Below are positions 1 through 10,155 of a stretch of 64,000 bases of DNA, one piece after another. Every line of letters starts with the position of its first letter. The first letter of the stretch is position 1. Below the pieces are notes generated by a model that did not search any database, was not told the DNA's origin, and was given only the letters and a program-made list of their open reading frames with translations. The position numbers and the translations under genes were made by a program. The DNA lies in contig CAWJSK010000012.1 of assembly GCA_963845535.1 (NCBI GenBank), positions 800,001-864,000 of the forward strand. Reading direction: 5' to 3'. The DNA comes from an uncultured Spirochaetota bacterium (GTDB lineage: Bacteria > Spirochaetota > Spirochaetia > SZUA-6 > Fen-1364).

Positions 1-381
1 GCCGATCTGTGGGATGAAGTGAGAGATTCTCTTCGCCAGGACGCCCTCTCCCTGTCCCTGGGCCAGCAACAGCGCCTGTGCATCGCCCGGGTGGTCGCCG
101 TGGCCCCTGAGATCATCCTGATGGATGAGCCCTGCTCGGCGCTTGACCCCATTGCCACGCTGCGTGTCGAGGAGCTGATGAGGACGTTGAAGGAGAAGTA
201 TACGATTGTGATCGTAACGCACAACATGCAACAAGCGGCTCGCGTGTCGGACCGCACCGGCTTTTTCTGGCTGAACGATGAGAAGGCCGGGATCCTTGCA
301 GAGTTCGGCGTCACGGAGCAGATATTCACCAGTCCGCGGGACCAGCGCACGGAGGATTACATCACGGGGCGCTCGGGATGA
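1..381 (+). CDS. pstB: Phosphate ABC transporter ATP-binding protein, 5' truncated by window edge
   Basis: Frame open from base 1; [13 protein letters not shown] signature, [12 protein letters not shown]alker [16 protein letters not shown]-terminal TEDYITGR; followed by phoU. Confidence 0.95.
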   Translation, partial: ADLWDEVRDSLRQDALSLSLGQQQRLCIARVVAVAPEIILMDEPCSALDPIATLRVEELMRTLKEKYTIVIVTHNMQQAARVSDRTGFFWLNDEKAGILAEFGVTEQIFTSPRDQRTEDYITGRSG

Positions 382-407
382 AGCGGGCCGGTCCAAGGAG
401 TTGAAGA

Positions 408-1076
408 ATGGCGCGGGAAAAGTTCGAACACGACCTTCAGAGGTTGAAAGACGAGATACTCACCCTGGGAGCCATGGCGGAGCGCTCGGTGACGGAGTCG
501 GTCCAGGCGCTCAAGAAGAGGGACCTGGCCAAGGCCCAATCCATCATGGACGAAGACCGCATGATCAACGAGAAGCGGTATGCCATCGAGAATGAGACGC
601 TCACGGTCATTGCCACCCAGCAGCCCATGGCGGGAGACCTTCGCACGCTGGCGGCCATTTTCGAGATCGCAACCGAGCTTGAACGCATCGCGGACTACGC
701 CAAGGGGATTGCCCACGTCACGTTGATGCTGGGAGAAGAGACCCTCATCAAACCGCTGGAGGACGTTCCCCGGATGGCGGACACGGCGTGCGACATGCTT
801 CATAGGGCGCTGGACTCGTTCATGCGCCAGGACGTTGAAGAGGCCCGGTCCATTCCTCGGGAAGACAACGTCGTGGACTCCCTCTATGAGAAGACCTACC
901 GCGAGCTCATCCGGTTCATGGAGACGGACCCCAGGACCACGGAACAGGCCAACAGGCTCACCTGGGTGGCGCACAACCTGGAGCGCGTGGCTGACCGCGT
1001 CGGCAACATCTGCGAACGGGTCGTGTTCTCCATCACCGGCCGTGGAGAGGAACTGGACGGCCCTCTCCCGAGGTAG
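408..1076 (+). CDS. phoU: Phosphate signalling complex protein PhoU
   Basis: [33 protein letters not shown] motifs; AAGGAG RBS; downstream of pstB. Confidence 0.96.
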   Translation: MAREKFEHDLQRLKDEILTLGAMAERSVTESVQALKKRDLAKAQSIMDEDRMINEKRYAIENETLTVIATQQPMAGDLRTLAAIFEIATELERIADYAKGIAHVTLMLGEETLIKPLEDVPRMADTACDMLHRALDSFMRQDVEEARSIPREDNVVDSLYEKTYRELIRFMETDPRTTEQANRLTWVAHNLERVADRVGNICERVVFSITGRGEELDGPLPR

Positions 1077-1092
1077 GGTTCGCGCGGCGGGC

Positions 1093-2451
1093 TCACCGCA
1101 CCTCCATGATCCTGGCCCACCCCGGGGGCACGGGATCCACGTTCGCCGTGCCTCCGTTCAGCGGGAACTCATCCCCCGGGTTCAGCACGTCGACAAGGCG
1201 CCCGTCCCGGGGCGCGGGAACTCTCAGGCGCACCGAAGCCTCCTCCCCGGAGGCATTCACCACCACCACCACGATGAGGCTGCCGGCGCGTCGGGCAAAC
1301 GCGAGCAGCTCATGGCTCACGTGGAGCTGCACGTAGTCCCCCGCGCGAAGCGGCGCGCTTTCCTGCCTGATTCGGGCCAGGCGACGGATCGTTCCGGGAA
1401 GCTCGGGGTGGGGGCTTGCCCGGGAGAGCGCATCGAGGTCCAGGGAAGGCCGCAACGGCCAGTCCGTGCCGTCCTTTTTTCCGTCGATTCCCCACTCGCT
1501 CCCGTAATAGATCGAGGGGATGCCCGGCATGGTGAACAAGAGGCACGAGAGCGCGTGCAGGTGGCGCGACTCCTTCAGCATGCTCGCCACCCTGTTGACA
1601 TCGTGGTTGTCCGCGAACGAGTAAAGCTTCAACCCTTGATAGAGCCCCGTCGGGCCGAACTGGCGGTTCAGCGAATAGGCGATCTCGAAATAGTTCTTGT
1701 CGACGTGGCTCGAGTAAAGGCCCTTGTAGCATTCGTAGTTGGTCACCGAGTCGAGGGTTTGCGGGTTGGCCCATCGACGGTAATCCCCGTGAACCACCTC
1801 GCCCAGGAGCCAGAAGTCCGGATGTGAGCGTTTGCAGTGCTCGGAGAGCGCGCGCAGGAAGTCCATATCCATCACGTCCGCTGCGTCCAGCCGCAGTCCG
1901 TCGATCCCGTAGTCACGGACCCAGGAATCGATTGCGCCGAAGATGTGTTCCCGTACGTCCCTGCTTGCAAGGTTGAGCTTCACGAGATCGAAGTGACCGT
2001 TCCAGCCCTCGTAGGAGAACGGATCACCGAACGGGCTCTTCTTCCCGAACGCAAGGGAGTGAAACCATGAGGCGTACTCCGAACGCTCTCCGTTTGCGAG
2101 CAGGTCCCTGAATGCCCAGAAGTCTCTCCCCACGTGATTGAAAACCCCGTCAAAGATGATGCGCATCCCCTTCGCGTGTGCCGCGGAGCTGAAACGCGCA
2201 AGGGATTCACCCGTCCCGAGGCGTCGATCCACGCGCGTGTAGTCCGCAGTGTCGTAACCGTGGGAGGAAGACTCGAAGAGCGGGCCGAGGTAGAGCGCGT
2301 TCGCGCCGAGGTCCCTGATGTGGTCGAGCCAGGGCTCCAGGAGGCGCAACCGGTCCACGGGCTGGGACGTGAAGTCGTTCCTGCGGGGAGCCCCGCACAG
2401 CCCGAGGGGATAGATATGGTAGAAAATCGCGCTGTCCGACCAGTGACTCAT
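1093..2451 (-). CDS. GH13 alpha-amylase family glycoside hydrolase (cyclomaltodextrinase/neopullulanase-like)
   Basis: HGYDT, DGVFNH, GLRLDAA, GEVVH, DNHD conserved GH13 regions. Confidence 0.92.
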   Translation of the reverse strand: MSHWSDSAIFYHIYPLGLCGAPRRNDFTSQPVDRLRLLEPWLDHIRDLGANALYLGPLFESSSHGYDTADYTRVDRRLGTGESLARFSSAAHAKGMRIIFDGVFNHVGRDFWAFRDLLANGERSEYASWFHSLAFGKKSPFGDPFSYEGWNGHFDLVKLNLASRDVREHIFGAIDSWVRDYGIDGLRLDAADVMDMDFLRALSEHCKRSHPDFWLLGEVVHGDYRRWANPQTLDSVTNYECYKGLYSSHVDKNYFEIAYSLNRQFGPTGLYQGLKLYSFADNHDVNRVASMLKESRHLHALSCLLFTMPGIPSIYYGSEWGIDGKKDGTDWPLRPSLDLDALSRASPHPELPGTIRRLARIRQESAPLRAGDYVQLHVSHELLAFARRAGSLIVVVVVNASGEEASVRLRVPAPRDGRLVDVLNPGDEFPLNGGTANVDPVPPGWARIMEVR

Positions 2452-3013
2452 GAATAGATCCCGTGCTCGAACTGGTGGACCGCCCGCTCCATGAGCGTGT
2501 CGGTGAGGGAGAGAAAACCGTTCAGGGCCAGGCCGATGCAGTTATTGATCATCCCGAGAAACGAAGCGGCGTACAGGCTGTGCCTTTCCTTCATGTTCCC
2601 GTGATCGCGGGCGGCCTGGATAAAAACGGCTTCGATCAGCCGGAACTGTTCCTCGTTCAGCCTCGCCACCTCCTTGAAAGCGTCGCTATGGTCCGGTGCG
2701 AAATAGAGCGCAAGCTGCATCCGATAGAAGATGGGCTCCCGCGTGGAGAAACGGAAATACGCCTGGGCGAGCCGCCGCAGCGTCAGGGGCAGATCCCCTG
2801 ATACTCGGCGGCGCGCGCCACCTCCCGGCTCAAGCTCGTGTGGTGCTCTTCGAGCACCGCCCTGAGAAGGCCGAGCTTGCAGCCGAAGTAATGATACAGG
2901 GTCGGCTTGGTGACCCCCGCGGCGTCCACGATCTCCTGCACTCCCACGGCGTCATACCCGCGGGAAGCAAAAGCCGACAACGCCTTTGCAAGCAGAGTTT
3001 CGCGCGTGTCCAT
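2448..3013 (-). pseudogene. TetR/AcrR family regulator split by a 1-nt deletion near 2795-2798 (possibly a sequencing error)
   Basis: N-terminal HTH (GYDAVGVQEIVDAAGVTKPTLYHYF) in ORF 2783-3013. Adding one G to the GGGG run joins it as YQGDLPLTLRRLAQAYFRF..RMQLAL to ORF 2448-2720, whose stop overlaps the GH13 start (ATGA). Confidence 0.85.
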
Positions 3014-3022
3014 GGACGCTTT

Positions 3023-3040
3023 CTATACCGATTGGTATAG
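3023..3040. promoter_or_regulatory. Palindromic operator CTATACC-N4-GGTATAG in the tetR promoter (probable TetR autoregulatory site)
   Basis: Perfect 7-bp inverted repeat between a minus-strand TTGACA (3044-3049) and the tetR ATG (3013). Confidence 0.7.
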
Positions 3041-3147
3041 TCATGTCAAGCCCGGCGCCCGAAACTTTGGCGCCTATTGAACACCTATGCACCGTACTGT
3101 AGAGTAGCCGCTCGATTGTCATGAGTGAGGCTGATTCAGGCGACCTG

Positions 3148-5238
3148 ATGACCACGCTGAAGGGGATACTCTTCGGCAAGGCCAAAGACATCCGCGACCC
3201 CAACATATTCCACAAGCTTTCCCTCATCGCGTTCTTTGCGTGGGTCGGGCTCGGGGCGGACGGCCTTTCCTCCGCAAACTACGGACCTGAGGAATCCTTC
3301 CTCAGCCTGGGGGTTCATAGCCACCTCGGCATCTTCGTTGCGCTGGCCACGGCGCTCACCGTCATTATCATTGCCTCCAGCTACTCCCAGATTGTCGAGC
3401 TGTTCCCGGGAGGGGGGGGCGGTTACCTTGTGGCCAGCAAGCTGCTCAGCCCGACCCTGGGAATGATCTCGGGGTGCGCGCTCCTCATCGACTACGTGCT
3501 CACGATCACCATATCAGTCGCCAGCGGCGCTGATGCCATCTTCAGCTTCTTCCCCGTTGCCGCGCTGCATTACAAGCTCCTGGTGGCTGTTCTCGGAGTC
3601 CTTCTCCTGATGGTGATGAACCTTCGGGGTGTCAGGGAATCCGTCGTGCCGCTCGTGCCCATCTTTCTCCTCTTCCTCGTCACCCACACCTTTGCCATTC
3701 TTTACGCGCTTCTTACGCACCTGCCCGCGGTGGGGGAAGTGGCCCAGACGACCGTGGCGCAGACGAAGGCCGCCGGCCAGGCCCTGGGAGGTTTCGGCGT
3801 GTTCGTCCTTTTGATGCGCGCGTACAGCATGGGAGCGGGGACATACACGGGAATCGAAGCCGTCAGCAACGGCCTTCCCATCCTCCGCGAGCCGAGAGTC
3901 CAGACCGCCAAGAGGACCATGCGGTACATGGCGGCCTCCCTGGCGTTCATGGCCGCCGGCCTGATGGTCGGCTACCTGCTGTTTGGAGTCACGAAGGTTC
4001 CGGGCAAGACGCTGAATGCCATCCTGATGGAAAGAATAGCCGCGGGATGGGGCGCGGGCGGGACCATCTTCGTACTGTTCACCTTGATCTCCGAGGCGGT
4101 CCTCCTGTTCGTCGCCGCGCAGGCCGGGTTCCTGGACGGCCCACGCGTCCTGGCCAACATGTCACTGGACAGATGGCTGCCGGGACAATTCAGCCTCCTG
4201 AGCGAGCGGCTCGTCATCAAGAACGGCATTGTGCTGATGGGCGGCGCGGCGCTCATCCTCATGCTCGTGAGCAAAGGCTCCGTCGATTTCCTGATCGTCC
4301 TCTATGCCATCAATGTGTTCATCACGTTCTGCCTCTCCCAGGCCGGCATGGTCCGACACTGGTGGACCGAGCGGAAGACCGTCGGCGCGTGGAAAAGGAA
4401 GTTCCTGATCAACGGCATTGGCCTGCTTCTGACCGGCTTCATCCTCATCTCCCAGATCGTGCTGAAGTTCCAGACCGGGGGATGGATCACCATCATGATC
4501 ACGGGGTCGCTCGTGCTTGTCTCCATCCTGATCAAGCGCTTCTACCACCAGACCGGCAGGCGGCTGGCGCGTCTGGACAACCTCATGGCCACGGCGGCGG
4601 AAAGCGATGTCCGAGCGCTGGCCTCGGAATCCCGGAGAGGGCGGAAAAAGGCGCCTCCAAAGTACAACCCCAAGGGAAAGACGGCGGTCATCCTCGTTTC
4701 CGGCTTCAACGGTACGGGGCTGCATACGTTGTTCAGCATCCGGCGGATCTTCGGGGACACTTTCCGCAACTGGTTTTTCATCCAGGCAGGGGTCATTGAC
4801 GCGGACCGGTTCAAGGGCGCGGAAGGGATCAAGAAGCTGCGTCAGCACGTGGAAGAGGGTCTTTCCAAGTACGTCACGTTCATGGAGGCGGAGGGCTACC
4901 ACGCCCACGGCTTCGCCGCCATAGGAACGGACATCTCGGATGAAGTCTGTGACCTTGCCGAACGGATTTTCCGCAGACATCCGAACGCCGTTTTCTTCGG
5001 CGGCCAGATCGTATTTGCCGAGGAGAGCATCCTCACCCGCCTCCTTTTCAACCACACCGCTTTCGCCGTCCAACGGCGTCTCCACAGGAATGGCATCCCC
5101 TTTCTCATCATGCCGGTGCGCGTCGGAGCGCCTCTGCGCTTGTCCCGCAGCGCTCCGCGTAAGTACATTCAAGCTCAGAGAGAGCCAGTACAGGCCTCTC
5201 TCCGGGAAACGCCCAGCACTGGGGACCGGAAGGCTTAG
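3148..5238 (+). CDS. APC-superfamily permease, KimA/YdaO-like (possible K+ importer)
   Basis: DGLSSANYGPEE, FPGGGGGYLVA, YTGIEAVSNG motifs; about 12 TM segments plus a C-terminal cytoplasmic domain; alternative start at 3121. Confidence 0.85.
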   Translation: MTTLKGILFGKAKDIRDPNIFHKLSLIAFFAWVGLGADGLSSANYGPEESFLSLGVHSHLGIFVALATALTVIIIASSYSQIVELFPGGGGGYLVASKLLSPTLGMISGCALLIDYVLTITISVASGADAIFSFFPVAALHYKLLVAVLGVLLLMVMNLRGVRESVVPLVPIFLLFLVTHTFAILYALLTHLPAVGEVAQTTVAQTKAAGQALGGFGVFVLLMRAYSMGAGTYTGIEAVSNGLPILREPRVQTAKRTMRYMAASLAFMAAGLMVGYLLFGVTKVPGKTLNAILMERIAAGWGAGGTIFVLFTLISEAVLLFVAAQAGFLDGPRVLANMSLDRWLPGQFSLLSERLVIKNGIVLMGGAALILMLVSKGSVDFLIVLYAINVFITFCLSQAGMVRHWWTERKTVGAWKRKFLINGIGLLLTGFILISQIVLKFQTGGWITIMITGSLVLVSILIKRFYHQTGRRLARLDNLMATAAESDVRALASESRRGRKKAPPKYNPKGKTAVILVSGFNGTGLHTLFSIRRIFGDTFRNWFFIQAGVIDADRFKGAEGIKKLRQHVEEGLSKYVTFMEAEGYHAHGFAAIGTDISDEVCDLAERIFRRHPNAVFFGGQIVFAEESILTRLLFNHTAFAVQRRLHRNGIPFLIMPVRVGAPLRLSRSAPRKYIQAQREPVQASLRETPSTGDRKA

Positions 5239-5282
5239 CCCGCACGGGAAGCCGCGCTCACAGGAGCCCCGAAGGAGGCGAT

Positions 5283-5822
5283 ATGAACAGGGTCTTTTCG
5301 TTCGACCTGGGCCGCGTCATGGACGAGGCCTTCAAACTAGCGGAAAGTATTGGAGAGACGATTGACCAGGAGGCCGCGGAGAAGATGCGCCGCGCCGCCG
5401 AGCATTTTGGCCAGGGGCCCTTCGCCAATCCTGATTACTACCCGGCGTATCTCTACCCGCCCTCCACGATCTACCTCTCTCGGGACAAGAAACTCGTGTT
5501 CGAGATAGCGCTCGCCGGCTTCGAGGAGAAGGAAATCACGGTGCAGTTCCGCGGGGACCACCTCCTTTTCTCCGCTCGCGCCCCGCGCGTGGAGGAGTCG
5601 GATGAGAGCGTCCAGTACTTCAAGCGCAGGCTGAAGCTGAAAGACATCGAGGAGCAGCGCTACTACGTGCCGGCGGACAAGTTCGACCAGGCGGGCACGC
5701 AGGCGCGGTTCCACAACGGGCTCCTCACCCTCGTGGTGCCGCCGCGGGATCACGCGGACGCCGGTGACGAGATCCGTATCGACATAAAGACCGAACCGAA
5801 AAGCGCCGCCGGCAGTGCCTGA
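5283..5822 (+). CDS. Hsp20/alpha-crystallin family small heat shock protein
   Basis: FEIALAGFEEKEITV and A.FHNGLLTLVVP alpha-crystallin motifs; strong AAGGAGG RBS. Confidence 0.85.
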   Translation: MNRVFSFDLGRVMDEAFKLAESIGETIDQEAAEKMRRAAEHFGQGPFANPDYYPAYLYPPSTIYLSRDKKLVFEIALAGFEEKEITVQFRGDHLLFSARAPRVEESDESVQYFKRRLKLKDIEEQRYYVPADKFDQAGTQARFHNGLLTLVVPPRDHADAGDEIRIDIKTEPKSAAGSA

Positions 5823-5916
5823 TCCGCGCGGACGCCGCAGCAGCCGGGGGCAGACCACTTTACACGCGACAGCAGCCACGCTATACAGTGCTGGCCGTTC
5901 ACTGGGGAGGGGATGA

Positions 5917-7260
5917 ATGACGAGGGTGCATTTCCGTGGTTTGTCTTTCGCTTTCCCCCTCCTCATTGCCTGTCTCGTGACGGCTCCGGTCTTCGCCGGA
6001 CCTGCGCAGCCGCCGGAGCTCTTTTCGACTGGTTCTTTCACGCTCAATGCCCGCTCAGCCATCCTGATAGACCAGATCACCGGGCGCGTGCTCTTCGAGC
6101 GCAACGCGGACCAGCCGTTCGTTCCGGCCTCCCTGGCCAAGCTCATGTCGCTGCACATCGTCTATGAGAAGCTCGAGGAGCGCTCCATCCATCGTGATGA
6201 CGTGGTGGCAATCACCTCCAACGCGTGGGCCGGCAATCAGGCGCCCGGATCCTCGCTGATGGACCTGGGACCCGGGCAGATCGTGACCGTGGAGGAGCTG
6301 ATGAAGGGGATGGCGGTTGCCTCGGGGAATGACGCGGCAACCGCCCTGGCGGAGTACGTGGCGGGCAGCACGGAGAAGTTCGTCCGTCTCATGAACGAAG
6401 AGGCCGCTTTCCTGGGCTACAAGGTCACGCGTTTCACGGACCCTTCGGGAGTCGGGGAAGGGAACACAACGACCGCGCGGGAGTTCGCGGACTTCTGCCG
6501 CCGCTACATCACGGCGCACCCCGAGGCTCTGGAAGAGCTGCACTCCCTGCGAGAGTTCGAGTATCCGCTCCGCCAGAACATGGCGGACGGCCGCCTCACC
6601 GCAGCCACGAAGAAACAGTACAACCCCAACTTCCTCGTCTGGGATGATTTCGGCGTGGACGGCCTGAAGACCGGACATCTGGACAATGACAACTTCACGG
6701 CGGCAATAACGGCGCGGCGCGGTGACATGCGCCTCATCGCCGTTCTCCTTGGTGTCTCCGGGAAGACGCTTGACGACGGGTCACGCAACAGGGCGGAGGA
6801 CGGGATGAACCTCCTCCGCTACGGGTTTCGGAGCTTCAGGACGCAGGAGCTCGACCCGCCCTCCCTCCCCGCGGTGCGGGTGTGGAAAGGCAGGGAGCGG
6901 GAGCTTGCAATCTCCCCTGACGGCCCCATCCACGTGACAGCCACGGCGAGCGAGTGGGAAAAGTTGGCGTACGTTGTCGACGTTCGGTCACCGATCGTCG
7001 CCCCGGTAGTGCAAGGACAGCGAATCGGATCGCTCATCTACATGGCGGGAAGCAATGAGATTGCCCGCATACCTTTGTTTGCAACCGAATCAGTGGAGCC
7101 GGCCGGCATGGTCCGTCAGGCGTGGGATGCGACTCTTCTCAGCCTGTCATCCTTCCTTGGAGGGCCCGCGGCGTCGCTTCGGGCCACGTTCGACACGCTG
7201 CCGCCGCAGGCTCTCTTGTCCGCGGACACCACGGCGTCCGTGGCTAGACGAGCTCCGTAG
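5917..7260 (+). CDS. dacA: D-alanyl-D-alanine carboxypeptidase, peptidase S11 (PBP5-like)
   Basis: Signal peptide; PASLAK (SxxK), SGN (SxN), LKTG motifs; PBP5 C-terminal domain (SPIVAPV..GQRIG). Confidence 0.9.
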   Translation: MTRVHFRGLSFAFPLLIACLVTAPVFAGPAQPPELFSTGSFTLNARSAILIDQITGRVLFERNADQPFVPASLAKLMSLHIVYEKLEERSIHRDDVVAITSNAWAGNQAPGSSLMDLGPGQIVTVEELMKGMAVASGNDAATALAEYVAGSTEKFVRLMNEEAAFLGYKVTRFTDPSGVGEGNTTTAREFADFCRRYITAHPEALEELHSLREFEYPLRQNMADGRLTAATKKQYNPNFLVWDDFGVDGLKTGHLDNDNFTAAITARRGDMRLIAVLLGVSGKTLDDGSRNRAEDGMNLLRYGFRSFRTQELDPPSLPAVRVWKGRERELAISPDGPIHVTATASEWEKLAYVVDVRSPIVAPVVQGQRIGSLIYMAGSNEIARIPLFATESVEPAGMVRQAWDATLLSLSSFLGGPAASLRATFDTLPPQALLSADTTASVARRAP

Positions 7261-7693
7261 CCCCGCTTCCCTTCTGGCAGTCGCACGTGCCGCCGCAGCC
7301 GCAGGTGGATTCTTCCGCGGAGGCCGCGGCGGACGCGGGATCCGCGTGAGCGTGCCCGCCCGTGGAGCAGGCGCCGCCGCAGCCGCATTCGGTCTCTGGC
7401 GCCGGGTTGGGGTTTGCAATGCTGAACCCGCCGTTCACGGGGTCCTCGATCCAGTCCACCGTGGACCCATCCATGTAGGAAAGGCTCTGCGGATCAACGA
7501 CGACTCGAATGCCGTTTACGTCAAAAATTTTGTCATCCTGCTCAGGCGCCCTGTCCTCGATCCCCATCCCGTAACGGAACCCTGAGCACCCGAGGCCGGC
7601 CACCCAGACCCTGAGCATGGCCTCAGGCTTGCCCTGTTCTCCCAAGATGTTCACGAGCTGCCCTGCTGCCTTGTCTGATACCATGATCGGCAT
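7244..7693 (-). CDS. A-type Fe-S cluster carrier (HesB/IscA/ErpA family) with Cys/His-rich tail
   Basis: LRVWVAGLGCSGFRYG, VDPQSLSYMDGSTVDW, GFSIANPN, CGCG; GGAGG RBS 8 nt upstream. Confidence 0.9.
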   Translation of the reverse strand: MPIMVSDKAAGQLVNILGEQGKPEAMLRVWVAGLGCSGFRYGMGIEDRAPEQDDKIFDVNGIRVVVDPQSLSYMDGSTVDWIEDPVNGGFSIANPNPAPETECGCGGACSTGGHAHADPASAAASAEESTCGCGGTCDCQKGSGATELV

Positions 7694-7886
7694 TGTCCAT
7701 GCCTCCTTGTCGTCCTGACGAGTATAGTCATATTGATATAAAGAGAAACGCGCGCCAAGTCAAGATCGGCGCGTCAAGCCGTCAAGCCATCGGCGCGTCA
7801 ACAGATCGCCGGCTCAAGCGGCACCGGCCGCCTCGCGGCCGGTCACCTTGGCCTGCGCCGCGTCCTTCTGATACACTCATCGGCAC

Positions 7887-8975
7887 ATGAGCACATTGGA
7901 TGAGGCGCTCGCGCTTGTCCGCGGGACCGTCAGGAGCATGAACGCGTACGTTCCTGGGCTCCAACCATCTCCGGGACAACGCCTGGTCAAGCTCAACACG
8001 AACGAGAACCCCTACCCCCCGTCCCCGAAGGTGCTGGAAGCGTTGCGCTCGGCAATCGACGGCTCGCTTCGTCTTTACCCCAGTCCGGACGCGGCGGCCC
8101 TTCGGGGCCTTGCCGCAAAGAGATACGGCCTTGCCGCAGAGCAGGTGATGTGCGGAAACGGATCGGATGAGATCCTCGCCCTGATCATGCGCGCCTTCGT
8201 GGATGAAGGGGACACGGTGGGTTTTTTCCAGCCCTCCTACTCCCTGTATCCCGTGCTGGCAACCATGGCGCGGGCGCGCACTGTCACCGTGCCGCTTCCC
8301 CGCGTGGGCCGTGAGGAGGAGATTCTCCGGCTTCCCGTGCCGTCCCCTCGCGCAAAGGTATTCTTTCTCACCACTCCCAACTCGCCGTACGGGTATGCTT
8401 TTCCCCCCGAGTGGACGGGCAAGCTCCTGGGTTCCTTTCATGGAATCGTCGTCGCGGATGAGGCGTACGCGGATTTTGCCGAGCACTCGAGCCTTCCGCT
8501 CCTGGCAGGGAATCCCCGGCTTCTCATCGTGCGCTCCATGTCGAAGTCCTCCTCCCTCGCCGGCATGCGCGTGGGGTTCGTCTTCGGGCATGAGGTCATG
8601 ATCGGCCAGATCATGAAGGTTAAAGACAGCTACAACGTGAGCCGGCTTGCCCAGGTTGCCGCGTGCGCGGCGCTGGAGGACGAACGGTACGCCAGTGAGA
8701 CGCGCAATCGGATCGTCTCCACTCGGGAGAGGTTGACGGAAAGCCTTCGAGCCATGGGCTTCACCGTCATGCCGTCCCGCGCGAACTTCGTCTTTGCGGC
8801 CACCGCGGACGGCGGCAACGCGCGCTCCCTCTACGAAGGGCTTCTCCGGCGGGGTTTTCTGGTGCGCCATTTCGCAGCGGACGGCCTTTCTGACGGCCTT
8901 CGCATAAGCGTCGGAACCGACGAAGAGACCGATGCTCTGTGTGATTCCATTCGGGGGGAGATGCATGGCGGTTAG
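7887..8975 (+). CDS. hisC: Histidinol-phosphate aminotransferase
   Basis: KLNTNENPYPPSP, GNGSDE, PNSP.G, DEAYADF, RSMSK..SLAGMRVG, LRISVG. Confidence 0.92.
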   Translation: MSTLDEALALVRGTVRSMNAYVPGLQPSPGQRLVKLNTNENPYPPSPKVLEALRSAIDGSLRLYPSPDAAALRGLAAKRYGLAAEQVMCGNGSDEILALIMRAFVDEGDTVGFFQPSYSLYPVLATMARARTVTVPLPRVGREEEILRLPVPSPRAKVFFLTTPNSPYGYAFPPEWTGKLLGSFHGIVVADEAYADFAEHSSLPLLAGNPRLLIVRSMSKSSSLAGMRVGFVFGHEVMIGQIMKVKDSYNVSRLAQVAACAALEDERYASETRNRIVSTRERLTESLRAMGFTVMPSRANFVFAATADGGNARSLYEGLLRRGFLVRHFAADGLSDGLRISVGTDEETDALCDSIRGEMHGG

Positions 8976-10155
8976 CAGCAAAATCCTGGGCATGATGGAG
9001 ACCGCCTCCTGGATCAGGAGGATGTTCGAAGCGGGCAACGCGCTGCGGGCGCAATACGGGGCGGACAGGGTGTGCGACTTCAGCCTCGGGAACCCCGACG
9101 TGGAGCCGCCCGCAAGGTTTCAGGCCGCCCTGCGGGAGGTTGTCGAGGCAAGCGTTCCGCTGAAGCACGGCTACATGCCCAACGCCGGTTACCCTGAGAC
9201 CCGGGCCCGGGTTGCGGAGGTGGTCCGCCGGGAGCAGGGAGTCGAGCTTGACGCAGCGCACGTGGTCATGTCGTGCGGGGCAAGCGGCGGCCTGAACAGC
9301 GCGCTCAAGGCCATCTTGAACCCCGGCGACGAAGTGTTGGCCACCACGCCGTGTTTCATGGAATACGCATCGTACGTGGACAATCACGGCGGCAGGCTCG
9401 TCCTTGCGCCGTCTGCCCCCGACTTCGATCTGGACGTAGCTGCCCTCGAGAGCAAGATCGGCCCGCGCACCGCCGCCGTTCTCGTGAACTCCCCGAACAA
9501 CCCGACCGGACGCATCTATCCCCGGCAGACGCTGGAGAAGCTTGCCAACATGCTCAGCGCGGCGGGAAGGAAGACCGGCAGGACCATCTATCTCATTGCG
9601 GATGAGCCGTACCGCAAGCTCGCGTATGACGGGGAGGAGGTCCCGGGGATCATGAGCGTGTACCCCCACTCCATCGTCGTCACCTCCCACTCGAAGGACC
9701 TCTCGCTTCCCGGCGAGCGTATTGGCCACGTCGCGGTGAACCCGCAGGCTGATGACGCAAAAAGGCTTGTTGACGGCATCATCCTTTGCACGAGGATCCT
9801 GGGGTACGTGAACGCTCCGGCGCTGATGCAGCGAACGGTGGCGAAAATTCAGGGCTTGTCCGTGGATGTGGAGATCTACAAGAAGAAGCGGGACCTCTTC
9901 TGCTCCGCCCTGAGCTCCCTGGGCTACCAGTTCGCCACGCCGCAAGGGGCGTTCTACATTTTTCCTCGAGCGCCCGGCGGAGATGACCTGGTGTTCGTGA
10001 AAGCCCTTCAAGAGGAGCTGGTCCTGGTGGTCCCGGGAAGAGGGTTCAGCTTCCCCGGGTACTTCCGTATTGCCTACTGCGTGGATACGGCGGTCATCGA
10101 ACGGTCGTTTGCGGGCTTCGAGAAGGTGGCCCGGAAGCTGGGGGTGCAACCATGA
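8965..10155 (+). CDS. PLP-dependent class I/II aminotransferase (aspartate aminotransferase-like)
   Basis: SWIRRMFE, DFSLGNPD, NSPNNPTG, DEPY, SHSKDLSLPGERIG, PQGAFY; ATG at 8965 overlaps the hisC end. Confidence 0.92.
   Translation: MAVSSKILGMMETASWIRRMFEAGNALRAQYGADRVCDFSLGNPDVEPPARFQAALREVVEASVPLKHGYMPNAGYPETRARVAEVVRREQGVELDAAHVVMSCGASGGLNSALKAILNPGDEVLATTPCFMEYASYVDNHGGRLVLAPSAPDFDLDVAALESKIGPRTAAVLVNSPNNPTGRIYPRQTLEKLANMLSAAGRKTGRTIYLIADEPYRKLAYDGEEVPGIMSVYPHSIVVTSHSKDLSLPGERIGHVAVNPQADDAKRLVDGIILCTRILGYVNAPALMQRTVAKIQGLSVDVEIYKKKRDLFCSALSSLGYQFATPQGAFYIFPRAPGGDDLVFVKALQEELVLVVPGRGFSFPGYFRIAYCVDTAVIERSFAGFEKVARKLGVQP

Noticed and set aside
3014..3147. ydaO/c-di-AMP riboswitch ahead of the KimA-like permease
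   Set aside because: The region is short, largely taken up by the tetR promoter and operator, and shows no riboswitch consensus I can recognise.
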